From NCBI GenBank assembly GCA_051362555.1, contig CM120642.1:3348001-3412000 (forward strand): DNA of 64,000 nt, written 5' to 3'. Made by a program: the position numbers and the translations under genes. Below are positions 43,769-55,700 of the stretch, piece by piece (position 1 is the stretch's first letter; each line of letters begins with the position of its first letter). Under the pieces are notes generated by a model, which did not search any database, was not told where the DNA came from, and was given only the letters and a program-made list of their open reading frames with translations. This DNA is from Lingula anatina (taxonomy: Eukaryota > Animalia > Brachiopoda).

Positions 43769-46700
43769 GATGGTAGTTGTAAGTTGGGTGAGAAAGGGTC
43801 AAGGTGGAGAGAAACTGGACCAAATAAACTGGACCTATCACCTGACAAACACATGAGGAGATAACAAACAATGCACAAGTTTTATCAGATCTGTGCTAGT
43901 AGTAGAAACCATGCAGATAAATCTATATAACAAGAAGTCTCCTTTTCATATTTTTCTCACAAACTACAACTAAACAATCTGTTGACAACTGACAGGTGTT
44001 AGCAATACCTCAGGGCAGTGGAAAGATAGTGGCCCTAGTTTGAATTTGATTATAACTGTTACAAGTATTTTGAAGGCATTTTCTAGCCTTCGACAATGTC
44101 TGTAAAACTTCGGCATGTATGACTGGTTTCATATACTGTCAATAACACCACATTACACTACATCAGATAACAGAATTGCTGGCCGAGTGGTAACGTCCTT
44201 GGCTGCCAAACATGGTAGAATGGGTTTGATTCCCACTCAGTCCTGTTTTCTTCTTTTATTTTTTTTCAATTACTATTATTATTATTACTATTCTAAATTC
44301 TTATCATGTTTCAATGATTGATGTGACGGTATCAGCTAATTAAATATCATAATGCAGTCTGAGAGATGACCAAGACAACACACTGTTAATGCAAGTGATC
44401 AAAATTAAGAGACACTGATGATCTTTGTCCCAGTCAATGATCACGTAGGCAGGAGCAGTAGTGGCCACGTGTGGTACTTGTGGCTGCTTGTACTAACAAC
44501 CATATCAAATAAAGTGCTTGTTATCATTATTGACATGATACAGTTTCCATAAATAATTTCAAGGTCCCATCACCTGATCATCTACTTTCACCATATAAAG
44601 AGTGCTCAAGATAGTTACTTTACATTTTACTGTTAAACTATTCACTGAGTGCTTGCCTCGTGGTCTGATGTGACAATATGGCCGAGGCACTGGCAGCAGC
44701 TTTCACAGATAATCTCTTGACATGTAGCATCTGTCTGGAAGAGTATGAGGACCCCCGTGTGCTGCCTTGCTACCATACTTTTTGCTATGGTTGCATATGT
44801 GACCATGCTAAGAGAACTAGTAATGCAAATAGAACATTTCTATGCCCTGTTTGCCGAGAAGAAATCCAGTTTCCAGTTGGTGGCCTGACTCAGCTGAAAA
44901 AGAATTTTGTCTTCAGTAAGGCCAAGGACATCATAACCCAGCAACAACCAGACAGGGGTGCATCAGAGAGTAAACAGACCAATGTAGCAGCAGTGACACA
45001 AACCACTTTAGAAATGACCATCAGTTGTGAGAAACATCCTGATCTTAAGTTAAAATTTTACTGTGAAGATGATGATACTGTTGTATGTGGTGACTGTGCA
45101 TCAACAGAACACTACAGACATGGTATTGTGCCAGTTGAAAATGTTGCAGATATCAATCGAAAAAAGATTAAAACTTTCCTTGTGAAAACTTTGCCAAAAC
45201 TGAACATGTTCAAAGAAGCAGTTGCAAAGGAAACAGCCACTGAAAAAGAAGACACACGGATCATGGCAGCCTCCATCAACAAAATCAAAGAACAGTCTAA
45301 AGGTATCCAAAGATTGGTTGCACAGAGAGAGCAGATACTGATATCAGAATTAAATTCTTTGAATGATATCAGAAAAAAACAGACGGGGGCCAACAAGGAC
45401 ACCCTTGAACTTCACCATGCCTCCTTGCATAGTGCTTGCAATTTTGCCCAAGAACTTATCACTAATGGTTCTGACTCTGAGATCATGATTCACACTAAGG
45501 CTCTGACAGAGAGACTGGCAGCAATGGAGAAAATGCCAGTGCCAACTCCAGACACACCAGCACAGATATCCTACAGCCCTGGTAAGATATCTACTGCTGG
45601 ACTGGAAGCCATGTTAGGACAGGTGACAGTACAGTCACAACCTCCTAGACTTCCAGCCAGACTGACACCTTCACCACCTAGACAGGGAACAAATCGACCA
45701 AATCCAGCATCGCACCTTCCTGATTTCTTAGACAAGGCAGAATGTGTGCATTCCTTTACTGCTAAATTGAAAAATGAAGATAATTTCATAACTGGGCTGG
45801 CCATAGATGAAAAGTATATGTTTATCGTGACTGATAATTTCGAAAGCAAATATAACAGAATAAATGTATACACACACAAAGGGCAATTCAAATTTCCTAT
45901 AAAACCTATAGATCCATTTGATGTGGCGGTATCACAGACTGGTCAGCTGTATATAACATCAGTGGGTGACCAATGTGTCCAAGTGTATTCTACCAGAGGT
46001 AAGATGATAAAAACAATGGGTTGTGGTATACTTGTGGCACCATGTGGTATTACACTGAACAGGAAAGGCCACGTGATGGTATGTGATGGAGAAAAGGAAT
46101 CCATCTTCACATTCCATGCAAACAATGGACAGCTCCTAAACACTATTCCAGTCACAGACCCAACATACATCACAGTGAACAGTGTGAATGAAAACATTGC
46201 GGTATCAGATGGGCGCGGTGACTGTGTACATGTGCTGTCACCTACTGGTGATCAGCTGTACCAGTATGGCACACGAGGCAGTGGTGATGGTCAGCTGTGT
46301 GAACCAGATGGAATGTGCACAGACAGCTATGGTCATATCTTCATTGCTGACTGTTTGAACCACAGGATAGTGGCACTGAGTCCACATGGACACTTTGTCA
46401 AATACATTGCCACTAAGGATGATGGGTTGGAGCGTCCCGCAGCATTAGCTATCAACCCATTTGGGCAGCTGGTGGTGGCAGAGAGTGAGGGCAAAGTTAA
46501 GACATTCCAGTACTTACAATAAATACTGTTCAGATTTTACAAGTTGCAAAACTGAACTGTAAAGTACCAATGAGATGATGATAGGAGATGATGGAGAAAC
46601 TTGCTGATAAACTACAATAAAACATTCCACAGTATATAGTGATCTGGCAGCATAAATGTACATATTATAATGCTGATTCATATTAATCATGGTAAACAAG

Positions 46701-49700
46701 GAGGTTACCACTAATTTACTGATAAAAATAACTTGTAAGTACAAGTGGTCAGTGTTTAACTGTGATTTTAACCCAAGTCCTGATCTGGGTTTATATGGGC
46801 CTTGATCAAGGAAACTGGTCCATTCAAATTTTAACTGATAGGACCTCAGTCAGGCCTTAACCGCAGTTTAAAGTGCCATTATGAGTGGAGAAATTTACCG
46901 ATACTAATATCTTTAAAGTACAGGTGGTCAGCAAAGAGGGGTACCAACTTTCCCCACTGAGATGATAGTTTACACTGATACAAAGAACATCAGTGACTTT
47001 TGATTTTGATTACTTGCTTTAATAGTGGCAATATGTTATATATGTATATTGTGTATGTGGATGCCATTGCTTTATATTGATTTATATTATATGATCCTGA
47101 AGTTAACTTGATTTTAAAGACTAACAAATACAATAGCTCTTATACTGTAAGTTATATGCTCCCCCTTACACTGACTGGAGGGGGGGGGGGTTTCAGGGCT
47201 CTACATAACTTTTCTACTTGCCTGAACTAGAAACTCACTTGCCCGAATTTTACTATACAAAAAATGAGTTTATATCTATATATATTTATATCTTTCTTCA
47301 TTTAAATTTCATTCTGGTGTTTGGGGTTGCTATTCTGTAATATCTGAAATAGTATAGTAATATTAGTACCCACTGTCATTCCAGTATGGAATTCATATTG
47401 ATATCAAAGTAACTGCTTAAAGTGCTATAAATGAATGTAACTTAGGGTGTGACTGTCAGCTATATTCAGTAAAATGGAGTATATTGTTCCTATGTTAAGT
47501 TCCTACTTGCTGTCATTTATAAAGTAGCAACATATATTTAGTAACATATATTGTAAGCATTTTATTTGTATCATTTCAACATAATGTGGTGTGTGCAGGG
47601 ATCTTCCTGGGCCAAAATCTGGTTGGGCCATTTTGGCCCGCTTGGTACAAAAAGTGGGCCATTTTTTTTAAAAATGTGTGCCGTGAATTATTTAGTGAAA
47701 ATTCATTACATTTCAATATTTTTATATGATAAAAAACACTGAAAAAAGGCTGGATGCTATTACTCTGAAGTTCTAAATAATTGTAGAGTGGAAAAATCTT
47801 CCACAATTGTCAATTGTTCTGTCCGAAAAATTGCACTGAATAAAAAAATCTCAGTTAAAAATTAATAATTGTACTGTGCTTAATAATCGCACTGCATAGA
47901 AAAGGTTTACAATTCCCATTTTTATTGTGAAAAAAATTTATTTTTTCGAAATATTTGCATTCTTTTTTAACCTGAAAATAATTAAGCAGTAAGCTAAGGT
48001 GAGAGAAACCCATGTTACATATATCTATAAAATCTAGCAAGCAACAATATAACATAACTTAAATTAGTTGGCATATCTATTAATGAATTTAGGCATTTAG
48101 TATTTGTGATTATTACACTGCTGCAGGGTTTGACACTTATTTTTCAGGTGACCTGTTCTGTCAGGCTTACTGCAGACAAATTTCACTTATCCCCAGCTAA
48201 TTTCCACCGCCCCACAATGAAAAGGATAATATGTGAAAAAAAAAAAAACTACATAACTTTGAAAAAAAAATCTAATCAGGCTGGTTTCCAACTCAAGCTG
48301 TCTTTCAGTCATTTGAACCTTTTATCTTAGTTTTAGAATCGTACATAACATGATTTTCCTTTAACAGTCATTATATATAGCAACAGTGCCTATAATAGGG
48401 TTTTGTCAATTTAAACGCAATATTAAAAGCATAATCACCAATTGCATATCTATAATACAAATGGTGATTACGCTTTTAATATTGCATTTAAATTGTGACT
48501 AACAAAGGTCTTCAGGTCCATGGTGGTTTATTGTCAGACCTTGAAAATGCCAATATGTGAAAAATAACACAACATCAACACCACCAATTTTCAATAATAA
48601 AATATAATATAAGCATTATGAAATTTCAGAAAATGTGACCAGCTAAGAGATTCAGGCCCAAGGACGTTAAAAAGTCACACCTTGAAATTGCCATGATATG
48701 CAAATGAGCATAATACAAAAAAAAAAAAAAAAAAACAGCATAACTTTAAAGAAATAATGCAATCAGGCTGCTTTTTTTTAAAAGCCTGTATTTTAGTAAT
48801 ATTTATAAGTCCTAGCTCCTATAGGTCAAATGCTTTTCCACTTATCACATAATGCTTGAAATTGTATAATAATGATGCCACCAACACCACAGACTGATGC
48901 AAGTGACAGCTACATGTACAGACACGATATGTCCATACATAACGATGACCCCAACTTAAACGTTTCTTCTCTGCACACATATTGTACTCACCTTTCCCTT
49001 GCTTCCACAACCTGAACTTGTTCCTTTAACTTGTTATTCTCTTGTTCTAGACCCTCTATGAGATGTCTGCTGTCACCCCCGTCCATCTTGGTCCACTGCT
49101 GTCCAGCCTGCGTAGATTTACTGCCCATAGTCATCCTGTCTGTCTGTGTGCTGTTTCCTCTAACAGCAGACAACCCTGCTGTCTGGGTGACCCCTGTGCC
49201 TACACTGGAAGACCCGGCAGTTGCAGTTCCTGGCACAGTGCCAGCATATGTAGATGGCACTGTTGTATTGACTTCTTCATCGTCTTCTTCAAAAGGCGCT
49301 AGAAAATGTTCATGTTGTATGGCTGTATTAGTATTACTCATACATTCCTTGTCTGTGTATTGAATATTTTACATGTATTAACAACGTATTATGATGTGCA
49401 TATGTAACCTCAACTGAGCACTTCAAACCTTCAAAGTCCCTCTTATTTCTAATGCAATTATACGATAAATTTTTACATTATTTCTTTTCAGCTATTTTCA
49501 TCTTCAAACAGCTTTTTTAAAAATGATCTGAAAACTCCCACAAGAGAATTCAAATAGTAAGGCATATAACTCTTCACAACCCGCTTACCTTCTAATGTTG
49601 TAGAGAGGAGAGTAGCCATGTTGATGGACTCGCACAGTTTACGTTTCAGATCAGTGACTCTTGTGGGGGTCACATCAATAACATCAACTTCTCCATCAGC

Positions 49701-52700
49701 ATCCTGGTGTAAGAGCTCTTGCAAGAACCCATTCACTTCCTCCAGGCGCTTGCGTAAGTTTTCACACATGTTATAGCTCTCACTGAGCTGCTTCTTCAGA
49801 GATCTAATCTCAAGCTGCTGCTTCTGGGAAACAAAACGGTTGATGTTCAGTTCTTTGAAATCCATAAAGGGATTTTCTTGGAAAAGACCAGCTTCCCTTT
49901 TAGCAGCCAAAATGTGTATGTAATATCACATAAGATAAAAAATTGCTACACATAGCTTGTGATCTGTCCTAACTCATAAACAGATTTTCAAAAACAAAGT
50001 TAACCTGACAAAAGCCTGCTTTTTTTCTGTAGTCAACAAGGTTGACAGTCTATATGGCTCCTAAATAACAATTCTGTGTAGTTTCAGCTAAATTGTCAGG
50101 CATCTGCAGGAAGCAGAAATCCATTAATTCACAGCTCTTTGATTTCATACTGTCTGGCCACCACATAGCAATCAATACATCTATTATCAAGACTTCTCCA
50201 TTGAAAAAATGTCTTCTAAAGTTGCATATTGCAACACGGGTGATAGCAAACCTCAGCTCATCATTCTCAATACCTTAAAGCAATCCATAAACAAAATTTC
50301 AATTTCTGAATCTATATCATTCAGAACTGCCCCCATCACATCTTTTCAAGCATTTTCATTCCAAATCCCAATTGAAGTCTAACAGTATGCCGATGACAAG
50401 TTGGTTACTGAAGCATTTATTTACTTCCCATAAGCTACTTACAAAAGAACTGCTACAATTCTATTTTAAAAATCCTTGAATATTTTGCCGTGTCCTAATA
50501 GCCAGAACTTCCTGACATGTACCTCCAATTAAACACTATCCAGTATCAAAGCAATTAAAAGAAAACCTGACACATGGAATGCTGTGTGCCAAACTAGAGT
50601 CACAAGCATATACAGGATCTGAACAGGAAATAAAGTACTCTATAAAATGCAAAAGGAAACCTTAATGTGGTGAGGAGAAAATCTGACTTGCTGAACTCAC
50701 TGCTTCACATTTAGTCAGGTTTAAAATTTTTGATAGCAAGAAATTTAAACCAATTTTGGTTTGGAATTCCTCATAAATATGACAAACTTTTTATATTTCT
50801 TTATTTTTAAATATAAATTATCTTAACTGAAATACTGCTTCCGACAAATTAACAATTTGCAACTATTAAAGGTACATACGAACCGAGCATTGGTGGAGCA
50901 TGGATTCCCAGTAACACATGTAACCACTTCTACTAGATACTTATATGACTCAAATAAATTCGACATGCCAAGGGATAAACTAAACAGATCACTCGATCAG
51001 CCATAAAAGACCTTTAGACTGTTTTTTTTTTAAATTTTTGGTTGTAAATTTAACCTACTTTCGTGACCTACTTTCCAGCCCCATTGACATACAGCTTAGA
51101 ATGCTAGCAGAAAAGTCAGTTCAAATATCATTTTCGGGTAAAATTAAACAATGCCTTTTGATAATTCTCTAAGTTATACTATTTGAAACTATATGCTGGC
51201 ATTTGGTTGGTTTTTGTGACAAAAAAATGACTTTGTATGCATCTTTAAGGCAAAACTCTTTTTATTTTTAGTTTCTAGGTGACCTCTCCTTCCTTTTTAT
51301 TTTTTATTTCTTTCCTCTTCAAATTTTTAGTTTCTAGGAGACTAAACCCTCACCTGTACAGTATTCTTGATGTCCTCAGGTGACGGAGATGAACTCAGCT
51401 GCTCCCTGAGAGTAGCATTTAAATCTTCTGAATGCCTCAATTTATCTTTTAATTCTTCCACCTGTGAAATACATAGCCTCACCATTATCAAAAGGCAGAC
51501 CTTTACTGAAAATATTATCTGGGGTTTAACTTTTTTTTTCAATTCCAATTTTATTTGCTGATTTAAATACAGTCTCAGAAAGGTTAAAAATCAGAATTTT
51601 GTATATAGGAAAAAAACACAAAATATAAAATACTAACCTACTTTCTCAATTTAAACAACAAAATTCATATTAAAATACTGATTTTTTTTCCTTTTCAAAA
51701 AACTAGAACAGATTCACTGACCTGTTCTTGTAGTCTTTGGAAAGCTGCCTGATTCCCTTGAGACACCAGATCAAGGCCAGGGGTTTTGGGTGTCAGACCT
51801 GGGGGACCCCCTGAAATACCATCTGAGGACCCCCTACGACTACCTGGCAGTGGGGATCCCAGGTACACCTTCTCAGCCGTGTCGCTCCCCAGGCGAATTC
51901 TGGTCTGAAGGGAGCGGATGATTCTCTGGTATCTCTCTAACTGTTTACGCTGCTGCTTTATCTGGTCCTTTAATTCATCTGTGTTATCAGTCTGTCCAAA
52001 TTCTTCCAATGATGTAAGGCTCATCCCACGGGAAAGGCTTGGAGATGGTGGCGGCATGTCGCGTCCAGCAGACGTACCCATGGAGAGGTTGTCCGTTGAT
52101 GCAGACATTGGACGGAGTTTAGTTGGCGTCTGCACGCGCCCTGAGAACAGGTTGGAGTCACTGCGACTGCGCTGCGGAGTACGAGGCATTAATCCGGCGT
52201 CTTCCAGGAGACCACGGTAGTAGCGCATTTTATCCGTCTGACTCCTGACGGTTGCCTCTGTGGCTGCTAACTTATCCTGCAGCGTTCTCAGGAGCACCTT
52301 GCTCTCATGGAGCTGGCCTCGTAAGCTCTCCACTTTCTGCCTCAAGGCAGCGTTAGCTCCTGTGCTCTGCCCAGCAGGGGGAGTCTTCAAGGTGGGAATC
52401 TGGCTCTTGTGGGGTCCCGATGGGGGTTTCCCACTGGGTTTACCCTCCAGTGCTGCTTCCAGCTTCTCCCTGGTGGCTGTCAGCTCCCCTTTGAGCCTCT
52501 CGATCTCATGGGACATCTGTATGATAAGCTCTGGGTTGAACCCAGATGGTATGTCATCTGTGGACGTGTCCAGTTCTATTTGTTTCTTCAACAGGTCATT
52601 CTGATGCTCTGCCTGTCGCAGCAGCTCCTTCATCCTGATTAAAATAAAATATTACATAATATAACCTTGAATTATAATGTAAGACAAAATGAGATCACTT

Positions 52701-55700
52701 TTTTTTTTATCTAACAGAATGGACATATGAAAACAAATGAAAGTGCCAATGCACTGCCATAAAATTCAGTCTACAGTGACTATTATAACACATTTAAGCA
52801 AAAGATGTACTCTGCCACTGCCCTGCCTTGAGGGGTATAATGTGAACCGTATAAATATTCTCAATAGAACAAAAAGATGCGTGACATTTCTCCATATTTC
52901 AAGATAAGCTATGCATACTTTTTACGACTAAATCCAACAACCAATGATGACTTGATCAGTGACTGAATTCATGACTACAATGCAATACATCCACATACTT
53001 TTCCATTTCATTCCTCATGTGTTTAACCTTGGGTAGGTCTGGGATGTTAGGCACAGGTAACTCTGTGTCCAGGTCCAAGCACCTCCTCAGCACCAGGTTC
53101 TCTTTGCCCTGTTGTTTTAGCTTGGCTCTCAGCTGGTCTAACTGCTGGCCTGGTGGTAGGGAGGACAGACCTGTGCTCTCCACTGGATCCAGGTCACTCA
53201 CATTCTCACCTAGAAATAAAACATCAGTTCATTGTATTAACTTTTTAAAACCGCAGAACTTCAATAAAAACATACTCAATAAAGCTGCTGTTTGAACTTG
53301 GCCTTTACTATAGTGCTAGAAGCCAATCCTTTCAGTTTGAAGGTAATAGGTTTTTCATAAATAGTGCCTACAGTAGAAAGTGCATGGTGATGATGATGAT
53401 GCAGACAACAACAGATGCAGATAATGGCTATTATACAGACACACTTTGTCTGTCTACATAAAAAAATTAATCTTTTAATATTGATGGAAAAAACATTCAC
53501 ATCAGATTATTACCTAACTATATCTCAAACTACCCTGCTAGACTTTATTAAACAGAGACTCAGAAATTCCTTGAAAAAACCTTAATGGTGATATGTCTCC
53601 AAGAAGTCAAAGTCATTGGACAATAGATTCTTCTGTGCTTGACTTAGATATAGTTTCACTAGTTTGCTAGCTTGATTCCGTTGCTAAACTGAATAAAGCA
53701 ACACAATTTTTGTGTTGTAAATTGCCATTCATAAATGGGAGCCGTGAACTTGATCCACATATATTTATGTGCATTTACAAAACTCCAAAACTGTTACCAT
53801 TTAGAAAAAAAAGACTTGTGTCTTGTCAAATCTGCTGTCTTGGCCATATTTATCCACCAACATATGAATAAAACCCAAGCCAACAGCTATTTCCCTTCTA
53901 AAATTTTCCTATAAGACTCCATGGGACTCTATAAGCATCCCACAGGACTACATAGGAACTCTATTGAATATGCTATAGGATGACTATATAGGACTAATTT
54001 CCAAAAGAGTCCTATAGGATACTATGGGTAATTTCTGTAAGGGCTCCCAAGCCACCCTCAGGGGCCGATTCAGAGATATTTTTTGACACTCTTTCAAATC
54101 ATCTTTGTTGTTCCATCCTCCACTTTTGACCATCTTCTGACTGAAAAAATAAGATGCCCAGAAGATGACTTTCGTCCACCCCCAAGACCCTATTTACCTG
54201 GGATATCTCTGTGTTCCACCATGCCTTGCTGCAACTGGTACTTCAACTGCTTGTTGTGGCGCCTCTTTTCTTTGACCTTTAACCTCATCTTTGCTAGCTC
54301 CTCCCTCAACTGCTTGACTGACAGTTCCCTGTCACTGATGTTGTCACTGTCAGACACACTGCTGGACTGGTCACTGCTGTCATTGGAGGTGGAGACCTAG
54401 TAAAAGAAGGATTATGATTGGTTAAATGTCGGTTGTTTTCTCCAAGTAGCACCACTGGTTTCAATGATCTTTTTGTTTATATTTCAATGCAACATTTTGT
54501 TTTTACAAACAGACTTATATGATGGTATATGGTTTTAATTCTAAATCTACCACATACAATTTTCAAAGTCCAATCAATAATAATACTCAATAGCTGCTAC
54601 ATCGATAAGGATTAAATTTTTTTCAAACAACATAATTTAAGCTGATCTTCTCCAGTTTCTGCTTCTCCCACACTGCCCTAACTATACTGTATACTCACAT
54701 TTTCAGTTCCCTGTATTTCTACAGTATCCCTGGCCCTGCCCACATCCCCTCCTCTCTGTTGTACATACTCACAACATTCTCAGTTCCCTGTATTTCTACA
54801 GTATCTCTGGCCACACCCCCTCCTCTCTGTTGTATATACTCACAACATTCTCAGTTCCCTGTATTTCTACAGTATCCCTGGCCCTGCCCACACCCCCTCC
54901 TCTCTGTTGTATATATACTCACAACATTCTCAGTTCCCTGTATTTCTACAGTATCTCTGGCCCTGCCCACACCCCCTCCTCTCTGTTGTATATATACTCA
55001 CAACATTCTCAGTTCCCTGTATTTCTACAGTATCCCTGGCCCTGCCCACACCCCCTCCTCTCTGTTGCTGCTGTTCCAGTCTGGACTGCAGGGAGACATT
55101 CCAGCGTTTGCTCTCCTCCAGCTGGTTGTTCAGGGCCTGGACTTGCTCCTGGAGAGATGACACTTGTTCTGGGTTGTCTTCTGTAAAAATAAAAGAAACT
55201 GGACAATAACTCCATGATAATGTAGTCCACACCTTGCCCAAGTCACAAGTATGAAAATAAAACTGGGATTATTATAATTTGAATTTCCTCCTATTTTGTC
55301 TATCCTGTGATAATAAGTGCTGGAAAGAAGACAATCACACAATAAAATCTAAGCAAATGCATTGGTTCTGGTGGTGATGGTGATGGTGATGGTGGTGGGG
55401 TAGAGATAAATATGGCATATCTCCCCAATGAACACTTATCTCCAGCTGTCAGAGGGCGCTACTGGCAGGTTCAGGCTCCCAGGTCCTGGTACAAATGCCG
55501 CCGACACCACACCCTTCAGTCTTTGCTTGATGTAATACATCTTTCTCTGGCCAGAAAACTAGAGCACAACCCCAACAAGTGAGAAATAGCAAATAACATG
55601 ACCCTGTTAATCTGGTTTTACTCAGTACTTGACTCTTGCATTTTCAGAATTTTTTCCATTTTTCCAGATTTCTTGTGACCTGAATATTTTCCTCATTCTC

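Noticed and set aside
44170-44245. tRNA gene
   Set aside because: A and B boxes are present but there is no convincing cloverleaf or acceptor stem; it lies inside a Helitron-like insert and is probably a SINE head.
28243-46197. Minus-strand ORFs overlapping the TRIM genes
   Set aside because: Antisense shadows of the coding sequence, repeated only because the genes are paralogous.
55430-55550. Extra coding exon of the minus-strand gene
   Set aside because: Looks exon-like, but the frames tested hit stops and no GT donor was found; the flanking exons already join in phase.
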